A stretch of 56,966 nucleotides of DNA from a virus: the IMG/VR virus record IMGVR_UViG_3300012078_000003; one strand, written 5' to 3'. Position 1 is the stretch's first letter. Each line of letters begins with the position of its first letter. The notes under the pieces were generated by a model, which saw nothing but the letters and a program-made list of their open reading frames with translations, ran no database searches and was not told the origin of the DNA. The position numbers and the translations under genes are program-made. Shown here in pieces: positions 41,329 through 50,870 of this stretch.

Positions 41329-41360
41329 AAGCGTTCATCTTTTGGGTGGGCGCTTTTTTA
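41329..41360 (+). terminator. Terminator after the HNH-AP2 gene
   Basis: AAGCGTTC / GGGCGCTT + TTTTT. Confidence 0.7.
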
Positions 41361-41384
41361 TATCTAAATTTAAGGAGGTAAATT

Positions 41385-42725
41385 ATGAGTGGAGGACGCT
41401 GGCTTTCACAGAACAAAATCCGGCCTGGAAGTTATATAAATTTTGTTAGCGTTCCGAGGCCTACAATGACTTTGGGAGATAGAGGAATTGGGACGATGGC
41501 CCTTCCCTTGACATGGGGTAGTGAAAATTCGCTTATTGACGTTTACAGTACCGACCTACTGGACGGCGCAAGTCTATCCAAGGTAGGTGTAACGGCTTTT
41601 GACGAGGCGACAGAGCAAAGCGCGAAATTGCTGACTCTCATGCTCTCTAATTGCTATCTGGCAAAAATTTATCGGCTGGATACTGGCGGCGTTCAGGCAA
41701 CCATCACAACTGGAAGCCTTACCGCAAAAGCGAAATACCCCGGCACATTCGGGAATTCAATTACAATATCTGTTGTGGAATCTGACGGACTTTTCACGGT
41801 GACCACATTCGTTTCCGGAACAAGCCGCGACATTCAGACCGTATCTACAGTGCAGGAGCTTTCCGGCAACGCCTATGTGGAGTTTAGCGGATTCGGTGCG
41901 TTAACAGCCAATGCGGGCATTCCGCTTATCGGCGGAACAAACGGAACGTACACCGCAGCAACCGCCTATCCGAATTATCTCGCCCTTGCAAGCCGTGCCA
42001 GATGGCAGACAATGGCTGTGCCTTTCGATGGCGCAACAGTCAATGCACAAATCGCTACGTTCGTGAAGACCATGCGTGATGATGAAGGACGATATGTGCA
42101 GGTCGCGCTTGCCAATTATGATGGTGCAGATTATCACGGCGTGATTAACTCCGATTGCGGATTCAGACGCGCCGATGATGAAGTTACCGCAGATGAAGCA
42201 ACGGCGTGGGTGGCTGGGGCTACGGCGGGCGCATCTATTATTCAATCCAACACTGGCAGGGCAGTTACTGGCGCACTTTCCATATTGAATGAGCGTACCA
42301 ACTCAGAGATTATCGACGCGCTCAAGTCCGGAAAATTCATCCTATCTGCCAACCAGCGCGGCGAAATTATTGTGGAACAGGATATCAACAGCCTACACAC
42401 CTTCACGCCGGAACTGGATTATGCTTTCAGCAAAAACCGCGTATTGCGTACTTTGGACGAAATCGGAACGAGCGTTACCGATGTTTGGGAACAGTCCTAT
42501 CTTGGTAAGGTGAGCAATAACGAAAACGGTCGCATGATATTTAAGGCTGATATTGTCGGCTATCTTAACGAGCTTCAAATATTGGGTGCGATTGATGAAT
42601 TCGCGGGCGCTGATGATGTAGAAGTTATTCGCGGAACTGAGGTTGATGCTGTAGTCTGCAACATGTGGATCAAGCCCGTGGACAGCATGGAAAAATTGTA
42701 TATGACCGTAAATGTGCAGGGATAG
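41385..42725 (+). CDS. xkdK: Tail sheath protein (XkdK-like)
   Basis: 446 aa. N-terminal IRPGSYINF. Followed by the tube gene. Confidence 0.88.
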   Translation: MSGGRWLSQNKIRPGSYINFVSVPRPTMTLGDRGIGTMALPLTWGSENSLIDVYSTDLLDGASLSKVGVTAFDEATEQSAKLLTLMLSNCYLAKIYRLDTGGVQATITTGSLTAKAKYPGTFGNSITISVVESDGLFTVTTFVSGTSRDIQTVSTVQELSGNAYVEFSGFGALTANAGIPLIGGTNGTYTAATAYPNYLALASRARWQTMAVPFDGATVNAQIATFVKTMRDDEGRYVQVALANYDGADYHGVINSDCGFRRADDEVTADEATAWVAGATAGASIIQSNTGRAVTGALSILNERTNSEIIDALKSGKFILSANQRGEIIVEQDINSLHTFTPELDYAFSKNRVLRTLDEIGTSVTDVWEQSYLGKVSNNENGRMIFKADIVGYLNELQILGAIDEFAGADDVEVIRGTEVDAVVCNMWIKPVDSMEKLYMTVNVQG

Positions 42726-42738
42726 GAGGAACACATAA

Positions 42739-43203
42739 ATGCCATTATTGTATAATCAAATACCCATAAGCGGCCAAGCCGGATCGGTCATATTGACTAT
42801 TGACGGAAACGTCAGGGAGTGGGCGACTATAAAAAATATAGCCGCTACAATTACATTGATTGATGATCCCTATAAGGTAATGGGCGGAAATGGCGCGACC
42901 AGACATAAATTCGCTGGGTGGGAGGGCGCGGGCGATGTTACCTATCACTACATGGATAGCACAATTACGAAAATTATACTAGGCTACATCAAAAGCGGAA
43001 AGTACCCTGACATTACAGTTGTAATAACGAATGATGATCCGGCAAGCGCGGCGGGAAGACAAAGCATTAGTCTAATGCATGTGATGTTCCCAACGGTTGA
43101 AATCGCAAAATTGGATGTTGAAACAAATCTTCTGGAAGGTTCTTCGTCCTTTACATTTAGCGACGTTTCAGGGCTGGAACTGTTTTCAGACTTACAGTTA
43201 TAG
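42739..43203 (+). CDS. xkdM: Tail tube protein (XkdM-like)
   Basis: ISGQAGSVILTIDGNVREWATIKN...HKFAGWEGAGDVTYHY. Confidence 0.85.
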   Translation: MPLLYNQIPISGQAGSVILTIDGNVREWATIKNIAATITLIDDPYKVMGGNGATRHKFAGWEGAGDVTYHYMDSTITKIILGYIKSGKYPDITVVITNDDPASAAGRQSISLMHVMFPTVEIAKLDVETNLLEGSSSFTFSDVSGLELFSDLQL

Positions 43204-43212
43204 GAGGATATT

Positions 43213-43602
43213 ATGAGTAAATTAGTAGATTTTCTGGCGCTGCCCGATATTTCCAGCATGGAGGAAATAGTTAAAATCAATGACCGAATCGGCGAAATCA
43301 CTATCAAGCCCATGACGCAAACGCAGTGGGAAAGTTATCGGGCAAGATGTACCGGCAAGGTAGGGAAAAAAGGCGTTGATTTTGATAGTGAGAAGTTTAA
43401 TAGCCTTATCATGGTTGGGCAAGTTGTAAACCCTAATTTTTCCGATGCTGATATGTTGGGAAAGGCCGGGTGTTCTACGGCGTCGGAATTTATATCAAAG
43501 AAGATTCTACCGGGCGAAGTTGCGGAAATTATTTCCCGAATTACAAAATTGAGCGGCTTCGACAATGATATCAACGAGGATATCGAAGAAGCAAAAAACT
43601 AA
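43213..43602 (+). CDS. xkdN: Tail assembly chaperone (XkdN-like), 0-frame product
   Basis: Position between the tube and tape measure genes. Ends in a slippery site. Confidence 0.8.
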   Translation: MSKLVDFLALPDISSMEEIVKINDRIGEITIKPMTQTQWESYRARCTGKVGKKGVDFDSEKFNSLIMVGQVVNPNFSDADMLGKAGCSTASEFISKKILPGEVAEIISRITKLSGFDNDINEDIEEAKN

Positions 43603-43805
43603 TAGCGGAGGACGGCGAAACAAGCTACTATGTCCTGGGGCTTGACTATGGATACATTCATTGTCTGCCTAGCGAGTTTGCCGCCCTCCCTCAAAGGGAA
43701 AAAGCCTTATTAATACAAGCTATCAAAGAAAAATCTGATTCTCTCAGACGACAGGCTGATAGACAAAAAGCGGAAGTGGCCAAGGCAAAGAGCAAAAGAC
43801 GTTAA
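43213..43805 (+). CDS. Tail assembly chaperone, -1 frameshift-extended product
   Basis: The -1 frame from 43599 is open for 68 codons (LIAEDGETSYYVLGL...) up to TAA 43803-43805. Confidence 0.65.
43593..43599 (+). promoter_or_regulatory. -1 programmed frameshift slippery heptamer A_AAA_AAC
   Basis: gcA AAA AAC taa in the 0 frame, immediately before the stop. Confidence 0.7.
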
Positions 43806-43813
43806 CTCTGTTC

Positions 43814-43842
43814 TTGCGATTATTAGTTTAATATGGTAGAAT
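43814..43842 (+). promoter_or_regulatory. Extended -10 promoter of the Cse60-like cassette
   Basis: TTGCGA-17-TGgTAGAAT. Confidence 0.55.
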
Positions 43843-43862
43843 GTGGGCAAGGAGGCGTAATT

Positions 43863-44033
43863 ATGAAAACATATGTAAAAAGCTTTGCTGGCGCACATCC
43901 TACACCCGAAAAATTGGAAAAGCAAATCAATGAATTCATTCAACAGGAAAATGCAACAATCATAAATGTATCATTATCTTTTCACCCTGTAAATAAATAT
44001 ACGATGGCATTAGTGGCATATTCTAAAGACTGA
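43863..44033 (+). CDS. Cse60-like small protein (56 aa)
   Basis: AAGGAGG SD. MKTYVKSF...LEKQINEFIQQENATIINVS...MALVAYSK resembles the sporulation protein Cse60 pattern. Confidence 0.55.
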   Translation: MKTYVKSFAGAHPTPEKLEKQINEFIQQENATIINVSLSFHPVNKYTMALVAYSKD

Positions 44034-44116
44034 CATTATCTACAATTTATGCAAATTCTATTAAAGCAATCTCTTAAATGAGGTTGCTTTTTTGTATGCC
44101 GAAAAGAGGTGATAAC

Positions 44117-45835
44117 TTGGCAACGATTTCCAGCGCTCTTGCGTTGCAAGATTCCATGAGCAAGCCGATGCAGGCCATTACAAAGGCTATGAACTCAGCG
44201 CTGACCGCTATTCGAAGTATTAAGGGCGCAGAACTCGGGCCCGAATTCGCGCAGGCGGCGGCAGATGTTAGGTTGGCTACGGATGAAATAGACCGGATGA
44301 ACCAAAGCCTTGAAGATACGGGGCGAATCAAGGGATTCGAGAGTCAAGAAGGGCAGGCAACGGCGTTTAATGCGGCATTGGAATTAACGCAAAAAGGTCT
44401 GCGAATCGTTAAATCTGCAATCAATGAAATTGGCGAATTGACTGCTTTGGTTGATATGCAGAGGCAGGCAGAAACATCCTTGGCCGTTGTTTTGGCAAAT
44501 ATGGGGAATACGTATGAAGATTATCAAAACATATTAGAACAAGCCAGCGCATTATCGGTAAGGACTACATTGGATCAATCGGGTCTATTGGCTGGAATGG
44601 CTGAAATTGCCACATATGTTAGTGACCCCGCTGCCTTAGAAAAGATAATGCCTACTTTTGCAGATTTTGCAATAGGCATGAATGCTGGCGATCCACAAAT
44701 CGCACAAGCCCAAGCCGTACAATATGCAACAGCATTAGGCAAGGCATTACAAGGGCAATATGATGGACTCACCAGAAAAGGATTTACCGTATCTGAGCAG
44801 CAAAAAGAAATCATTGCGACCGGAACGGAAATGGAAATAGTCGCAGTCGTTGCAGACATCATCGGTGAATCTTGGGATGGAATGGCTGAAAGCATTGCGC
44901 AAACTGATCTTGGTAAGATTGTCCAAATGGAAAACCAAACAAACAGCTTAAAAGCCGCAATCGGAGAGGGATTATACCCATACTTATTAGAATTCAAACA
45001 ATTTCTATCTGATGTATTAAATCCAGCGTTGGAGTTTGTGGCAGAAAATTTAGATGTTATTGTTCCTATAGTAACAGTTTTGGGCGCGGCGATAGGTGCG
45101 CTAGCCGTTGTCGTTGGGATTTATACTGTTGCTCAATGGGCGATGACTGCAGCCGCTTTAGCTTGGCCTGGAACGTGGATAATTGTTGGCATTGTGGCTC
45201 TTGTCGCAGCAATAGCAGTTGTTGTAAACAAATTAGGTGGATTTGAAATCGCATGGATTAAGGCAACTGATGGAATTTACAATGCCGTTAGCTGGCTAAA
45301 AGAAAACGCATTGCTACTATTGGATGGTTTAGTTAATGGTGCTATTGATAAGGTAAACTGGCTGATTGATAAATTAAATATGATACCAGGCGTGGAAATA
45401 TCAGCCGTAGAAAAGGTTACTTTTGGAGCAGAAGCAGCGATTGCGGAACAGGCAAAACGCGAAGCACGCACGACAGAAAGCGCAGCAAGAATTGCGGAAA
45501 TAATGGCAGAGCGGGAAACTAAGTCGCAAGAAGAGCAAACAAAAAGATTATTCGAAACGGGCGGCTATAATCCTGACGACGATCCTATCAATAATGTTAT
45601 TTCTGGTTCCGGTTCCAACGCATCAGTGAGGACTTCCGGCGAAGTCAAAATCGACGGCGAAGATATAAAAATGATGTTGGATGTTTCCACGCGGGGATAT
45701 CAACAAACATTCCAGACGTTAGCGCCGCAAGTGGACTTAGGTGGAGTTGTAATCAACGAGAATGCCGACGTGGATTATTTTGTGAACACCCTGGTTGATA
45801 GAATAGAAGAAGCATCAGGATCGAGGTTGGATTAA
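44117..45835 (+). CDS. Tape measure protein
   Basis: AGAGGTGA SD + TTG 44117. Long helical protein with central TM-like VPIVTVLGAAIGALAVVVGIY segments. Confidence 0.88.
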   Translation: MATISSALALQDSMSKPMQAITKAMNSALTAIRSIKGAELGPEFAQAAADVRLATDEIDRMNQSLEDTGRIKGFESQEGQATAFNAALELTQKGLRIVKSAINEIGELTALVDMQRQAETSLAVVLANMGNTYEDYQNILEQASALSVRTTLDQSGLLAGMAEIATYVSDPAALEKIMPTFADFAIGMNAGDPQIAQAQAVQYATALGKALQGQYDGLTRKGFTVSEQQKEIIATGTEMEIVAVVADIIGESWDGMAESIAQTDLGKIVQMENQTNSLKAAIGEGLYPYLLEFKQFLSDVLNPALEFVAENLDVIVPIVTVLGAAIGALAVVVGIYTVAQWAMTAAALAWPGTWIIVGIVALVAAIAVVVNKLGGFEIAWIKATDGIYNAVSWLKENALLLLDGLVNGAIDKVNWLIDKLNMIPGVEISAVEKVTFGAEAAIAEQAKREARTTESAARIAEIMAERETKSQEEQTKRLFETGGYNPDDDPINNVISGSGSNASVRTSGEVKIDGEDIKMMLDVSTRGYQQTFQTLAPQVDLGGVVINENADVDYFVNTLVDRIEEASGSRLD

Positions 45836-45836
45836 G

Positions 45837-46451
45837 ATGATCGACTTAACTTTTGAGTTTCGCCGCGATTCCCTCACGCTCCCAATAAACCCGGAAAATA
45901 TCGAAATCTCTGAACCCGGCGACAATCAAAAAGCAAATGTTGTCGGGCTTGGAGAAATCGTTATCCCGAGGGAGCGCGGCCTTGCTTCGTTTCAGATATC
46001 CAGTTTCTTTCCCGATGATGGGGACTTGGAATTCTTCAAGACATGGAGGGATGCCAAAAGGACGGGCCATTTTACTGCGGATGGCCTCGGGGTTGATATG
46101 AATGTCGTAATCGACGATTTTTCATTCGACCGACGGGCCGGGGAAGAAGATCGGGTATATTACGAGCTTTCTTTGTCTGAATATAGGCCATATGGGGCGC
46201 GGATAGTAGTTATGCCCACGCCTACTACGGCACAGCCTGGAGCCGATCAGCGTTCCGATAATAAGCCGCCCACTGGAGGGACCTATACAGTAAAATCAGG
46301 TGATAGTCTTTGGGCAATATCAAAGCGCTTATCTGGAAGTGGAAATAATTGGCCGGAGTTGTACAGCGTCAACAAGGCAGTTGTTGGCTCCAATCCCAAT
46401 TTAATTTATCCGGGGCAGACGTTAACGCTCCCCTCGTCTTGGAGAACATAA
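45837..46451 (+). CDS. xkdP: LysM-domain tail protein (XkdP-like)
   Basis: YTVKSGDSLWAISKRL...IYPGQTLTLP. Confidence 0.85.
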   Translation: MIDLTFEFRRDSLTLPINPENIEISEPGDNQKANVVGLGEIVIPRERGLASFQISSFFPDDGDLEFFKTWRDAKRTGHFTADGLGVDMNVVIDDFSFDRRAGEEDRVYYELSLSEYRPYGARIVVMPTPTTAQPGADQRSDNKPPTGGTYTVKSGDSLWAISKRLSGSGNNWPELYSVNKAVVGSNPNLIYPGQTLTLPSSWRT

Positions 46452-47482
46452 TGGCGTATGAACTTCTTGTTCAAAATTCATTGACCGGAATTGTATACGA
46501 TATCACGACCCTTGCAGGAAATATCCAGCATCAAACACAATTGGGCGGACAACCTGGAAAACTCACATTTTCGGTTCAGCAGGACCCCAATGGTGTACTT
46601 CAGATGGTTTGCGGGAGTATGGTGCTCTTTTCTGTTGATGACGTGGGCGTATTCAAAGGCTATATTTTCGTTATGGGGACCGATGCCACGGGCGTATATA
46701 AAATAACCGCTTATGACCAGATGCGGTACCTTAAAAATGAGGAAGTTTACACTACAAGCAACACGACCGCAAGTCAGATATTTGAACTTGTGTGTCGGGA
46801 TGTTTACCCAGGATTGCGCGTAAGCGTCACAGGCGACACATACAGACCTCCGGCCCTATCATATAAGATAGTAACCCCAACCACTTTTATTGTGCCAGAA
46901 TATTTCCATGATAGAAAAACATTGTATTCCATCATCGAATATGGCGTTGACCGCACGAACATCAACGAGGGAGAAAGGCCGATAGCGGATCGCCATTATT
47001 ATTTCATCAAAGACAAATTCGGCGTGCTGCAATTTACGGAGCTAGGAAAGGAACTGACGAATCTTGTTATTGGCGACCGATCATTGCTTACCAGCTATCA
47101 ATACGAAATCAGCATAGACAAGAATACATACAATTCCGTTGTTATCGTGCGGGACAATGAGACGACCGGCAAGCGTGATGTGTGGTCCGCATTCGATAGC
47201 GGCACGCAAAAGCAATGGGGCAAGCTTCAAATGGTGCAGGAGGCCGACAAAAACGCAAATGAGGCACAGATCGCAAAGATGGCGAAAGACTTATTGGGGC
47301 TTCGTAATCGCGAAACCAAGACAATGAAGCTAACTGCTTTAGGCCAAAAAGAACTTGTGGCCGGAAGCGGTTTTTTGTTTGAACTTGAAAAGCTTGGGAT
47401 TAAGCAAAATATGTGGATTACGAGCGCCACCCACAATTACGAACGGGATTATCATACCATGGAATTATCAGTTTTCATTTAA
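46451..47482 (+). CDS. xkdQ: XkdQ/YqbQ-like baseplate hub protein
   Basis: GQPGKLTFSV...GYIFVMGTD...ITAYDQMRYLKN. Confidence 0.85.
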   Translation: MAYELLVQNSLTGIVYDITTLAGNIQHQTQLGGQPGKLTFSVQQDPNGVLQMVCGSMVLFSVDDVGVFKGYIFVMGTDATGVYKITAYDQMRYLKNEEVYTTSNTTASQIFELVCRDVYPGLRVSVTGDTYRPPALSYKIVTPTTFIVPEYFHDRKTLYSIIEYGVDRTNINEGERPIADRHYYFIKDKFGVLQFTELGKELTNLVIGDRSLLTSYQYEISIDKNTYNSVVIVRDNETTGKRDVWSAFDSGTQKQWGKLQMVQEADKNANEAQIAKMAKDLLGLRNRETKTMKLTALGQKELVAGSGFLFELEKLGIKQNMWITSATHNYERDYHTMELSVFI

Positions 47483-47492
47483 GGGGGATTAT

Positions 47493-47792
47493 ATGAGCAA
47501 TGCGGCGGACCGCCTACTTGGAGTGATGGATGCAAGAGGCCGTGGCGTAAATTCCGTATCTGAATTATCGTATGGTACGGTGACAAGCGTAAATCCCTTG
47601 GTAATTACAAGGGACGGTGGCGCAGCTTTAACGGCTGGATTCTTGGTATTGTCCAGAACATGTAAAGAATTAACCGTGCAGACGGAAACGTCCGGGGAAA
47701 CCGTTAGGGTTTGGCCCGGATTATCTATCGGAGAAAAGGTGATATTGCTATCATTTAATTCTTCGCAAAAATTCTTTGTAGAACGGATGTGA
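47493..47792 (+). CDS. xkdR: XkdR-like (DUF2577) baseplate protein
   Basis: YGTVTSVNPLVITRDG. Confidence 0.75.
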   Translation: MSNAADRLLGVMDARGRGVNSVSELSYGTVTSVNPLVITRDGGAALTAGFLVLSRTCKELTVQTETSGETVRVWPGLSIGEKVILLSFNSSQKFFVERM

Positions 47793-47796
47793 TTTA

Positions 47797-48198
47797 TTGA
47801 TACCGCAGATCAGCGGCGCTATCGGTGTAGAGCAAATTGAAGTCGTCCCATTCCCGTCCAATACCTACCGCCTCACAGATACGCAGCTCATAGGCTCCAT
47901 TGACGGCATTAACGCTGTCGAGCAAGCAGTATACCACATCCTATCGACCGAACGCTATGCCTATGCGATTTACGATGATAACTACGGAGTGGAACTCGAA
48001 AAGTACATAGGCCGCAGTTTTGGATATCTGGAAACTACTATTCAAAATACGCTTAGAGACGCGCTATTACAAGACGACCGCATTCTTGCTGTGAGCGTGA
48101 CCAGCGTAACGAAACAGGCGATTGATAGCGCCTTGGTGCAGTTTAACGTTATTTCGGATCGCGGTACTTTTGGCGCGGAGGTGAACATAAATGTCTGA
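47797..48198 (+). CDS. xkdS: XkdS-like (DUF2634) baseplate protein
   Basis: ERYAYAIYDDNYGVELEKYIG. TTG start. Confidence 0.75.
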   Translation: MIPQISGAIGVEQIEVVPFPSNTYRLTDTQLIGSIDGINAVEQAVYHILSTERYAYAIYDDNYGVELEKYIGRSFGYLETTIQNTLRDALLQDDRILAVSVTSVTKQAIDSALVQFNVISDRGTFGAEVNINV

Positions 48199-49285
48199 CT
48201 TTAGCACTATTTTGCAGCGGATGCTTGACAACGTACCGGCCGATCAAGACAAACGGCAAAGCAGTCCAATTTACAACACACTCGCACCCACGGCGGCAGA
48301 GCTTGCCCAGATGAATATAGACATCCAAATTTTCGAAGAACAGACTTATTTGCTTTCGGCGGTCGGGATAAATCTTGATAATTGGGCGGCGAACTTTGCG
48401 ATAACACGGCAAACGTCCACAAATGCTATTCGTATCGCGGAAACGACAGATACCAACGAGCAGCCGATTAATTTGCCAATCGGCAGCCGGTTTGCCACTC
48501 CAAATGTTGAGGGCGGCGTTAATTTTACGTTGATTGAAAACTTTGGCGCAGGTCGCAGCTTGCTAGAGGCCGAGACTGCTGGAACCGTTGGCAATGAATA
48601 TCTCGGGCCGCTGCTTCCCTTGTTCGCAATAAACAACCTCGGCACTGCAACGATGGTCGGTACGCAAATTCCGGCAGAGGATGAAGAGAGTGACGCAAGT
48701 CTGTTATATCGGGTGATGTTTCGCCTCAATCGAAATCCTTTCGGCGGAAATATGGACGATTATGAACAATTCGTAATGGACATTGACGGCGTAGGCGCAG
48801 TTAAAATGTTCCCCCTATGGGACGGCGGCGGCACAGTGAAACTGTCCATTATTGATAGCGAATTAAATCCCGCCACGGTTGAATTTATTGCCGTTGTGCA
48901 GAACTTGATTGATCCAATCCCAAACAACGGTCTTGGCTATGGCATAGCTCCAATAGGCCACCGCGTAACCGTAACTACACCGACCACAATAGCAATAAAT
49001 ATAACGGCAAATGTATCCCTACGCTCTGGATACACGATATCGCAATTACAATCAAATATTGAAGCCGCGCTGGAAGATTACATATCGAGCTTGCGAAAGG
49101 AATGGGCCAATACTTCTATCTTATCAGTTTATATTGCTCGCATCAATGCCGCAATCATCAGCGTGGATGGTGTAAACAATGTGACCAATATCGCCATTAA
49201 CGGAAGTTCGTTTGATTTGGAGCTTACGCAAACGGCGCAATTGCAACAGTTGCCCGTGCTTGGAAGCGTGGTGTTGTCCAGTTGA
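48191..49285 (+). CDS. xkdT: Baseplate J-like protein (XkdT-like)
   Basis: Size and position. Overlaps both neighbours. Confidence 0.8.
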   Translation: MSDFSTILQRMLDNVPADQDKRQSSPIYNTLAPTAAELAQMNIDIQIFEEQTYLLSAVGINLDNWAANFAITRQTSTNAIRIAETTDTNEQPINLPIGSRFATPNVEGGVNFTLIENFGAGRSLLEAETAGTVGNEYLGPLLPLFAINNLGTATMVGTQIPAEDEESDASLLYRVMFRLNRNPFGGNMDDYEQFVMDIDGVGAVKMFPLWDGGGTVKLSIIDSELNPATVEFIAVVQNLIDPIPNNGLGYGIAPIGHRVTVTTPTTIAINITANVSLRSGYTISQLQSNIEAALEDYISSLRKEWANTSILSVYIARINAAIISVDGVNNVTNIAINGSSFDLELTQTAQLQQLPVLGSVVLSS

Positions 49286-49953
49286 TTCGAGACAACATGA
49301 ACCGCATTTACGATGATAATTCTACCGTGGATGCAATTGTGGGCGTAGTGCAGCCGGAACTTGATGCGCAGAATGCAACTATTCAAAACCATTTTAATGA
49401 TGCGTTTCCGGTGATTGCAACTCCTGCCGGTATTCTCAAATGGGAACGTGCGCTTGGGATCATCGCAGACCCGGCAATAGAATCCATTGAATTCAGGCGA
49501 GAGCGTATCATTAATCGGCTATCAAGTAATGTCCCATACACGGAACGAACGCTACAAGAACTTCTTGGGCGAACAATTATCGCAAGGGATTATCCTTTTT
49601 TTGGCATATGGAGAGCCATAGAAGAAAATTTTGCGTATTGGGAAGATATCGAGCGAAAATATGAGACATGGGACGACCTTGAACGAGCATCCGAAACCAT
49701 AACCAGTGCATGGAGTTATGTGCTTGATTACCGCAATTATCAGCTTGATATCTATATGTATCGCCCTAGTCGCAATTGGATAAGAGAACTAACGCGCACA
49801 TTGCAACAAATGATTCCAGGAAATATTGTGTGGGAAATCCATTTATCGCATCCGTTGTGGTCGGCGCTGGAGGAAGATTATTATTTATGGCAAGAGGTCG
49901 AAGATAAATATAATACATGGCAAGAATTAGAGGAGGGATATGAAAATGGCTGA
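49282..49953 (+). CDS. xkdU: XkdU/YmfQ-like (DUF2313) tail protein
   Basis: ATPAGILKWERALGI. Internal W-E-D/E repeats. Confidence 0.75.
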   Translation: MIRDNMNRIYDDNSTVDAIVGVVQPELDAQNATIQNHFNDAFPVIATPAGILKWERALGIIADPAIESIEFRRERIINRLSSNVPYTERTLQELLGRTIIARDYPFFGIWRAIEENFAYWEDIERKYETWDDLERASETITSAWSYVLDYRNYQLDIYMYRPSRNWIRELTRTLQQMIPGNIVWEIHLSHPLWSALEEDYYLWQEVEDKYNTWQELEEGYENG

Positions 49954-50407
49954 ATTAAATTTGAATCCAATTGATTCTACGCAACGAGTTAGCGCGGCGG
50001 CAATTGGGGCAAATTTTGATATGGTTAATGCAGGATTGACAAATAAGGTGAACATTGGAGCGCCACAGGAGTACGATATACCATTTGCCTCTATAGCTCA
50101 AAATCAGCCAGGAGGGCGATCAGTATATTGGAAAAATCAACTTAGTGAAGTAGGAGTAAGGCTGTTTGTTTCTCCTGTTTCCGGACAGGAAATTAGCGAT
50201 TTAAGCATTATAGCTACCCTGCCCGTTGGCTTTAGGCCAACTTCCACCACGGTTATGTCGTTGTCTGTTGCCGCAGGAGTTGCGGGGACATATATTGGTG
50301 GTGCACTTGTTTTGAATCCAAATGGGACGATTCAGTATAGAGGAACCGCCATGACAATAACAGGAGGGCACAATGCGTTTGGATTTATCATGTTTGTAGT
50401 ACAATAA
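49940..50407 (+). CDS. Short tail-fiber/receptor-binding candidate (155 aa)
   Basis: Occupies the fiber position after the XkdU-like gene. Gly/Ala/Val-rich beta-like C-terminus. Confidence 0.55.
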   Translation: MKMAELNLNPIDSTQRVSAAAIGANFDMVNAGLTNKVNIGAPQEYDIPFASIAQNQPGGRSVYWKNQLSEVGVRLFVSPVSGQEISDLSIIATLPVGFRPTSTTVMSLSVAAGVAGTYIGGALVLNPNGTIQYRGTAMTITGGHNAFGFIMFVVQ

Positions 50408-50447
50408 TAATCTAATTCGAATAAAAATAATCGAAAGGTTGTGCAAA

Positions 50448-50750
50448 ATGCGAACAAATCACGCTATTGTAATTGACAATTACGGAAATAAGATTACTTT
50501 TGTGCTTGTTGTTAATAATGAGCCTCAATATTACATGCTATCAAAAGACGAGAAATTGATTTACGACGATATCGGCACAGCGCTATCCATGCTCAAGCCT
50601 CGTTGGAATGGTTCAAGATGGATTGAAACTGCGACCCCCGCAGAAATCGAAGCAGAGAAGCCCGAACCGGTTCCGTATATTCCGTCTATGGATGAACGCC
50701 TACAAGCCGCAGAACAGGCACTCTTAACCATAATGATGGGAGAAATATAA
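50448..50750 (+). CDS. XkdW-like protein (tentative)
   Basis: Position before XkdX. ...WIETATPAEIEAEKPEPVP... Confidence 0.5.
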   Translation: MRTNHAIVIDNYGNKITFVLVVNNEPQYYMLSKDEKLIYDDIGTALSMLKPRWNGSRWIETATPAEIEAEKPEPVPYIPSMDERLQAAEQALLTIMMGEI

Positions 50751-50869
50751 TGTATAATTTTATCAAAATTCAATATCAGATTGGGAACATCGACGCAGAA
50801 CGAGTAGGTCAATATGCTGCGTTGGGATGGATAACTAAATCACAGGCCAAGGAAATTGTGGGGGGATAA
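50750..50869 (+). CDS. xkdX: XkdX-family small protein (39 aa)
   Basis: TAATG overlap. MYNFIKIQYQIGNIDAERVGQYAALGWITKSQAKEIVG. Confidence 0.6.
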   Translation: MYNFIKIQYQIGNIDAERVGQYAALGWITKSQAKEIVGG

Positions 50870-50870
50870 T

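Noticed and set aside
44575-44997. Minus-strand 140-aa ORF inside the tape measure gene
   Set aside because: It lies antisense within a long, well-supported + strand gene and has no SD.
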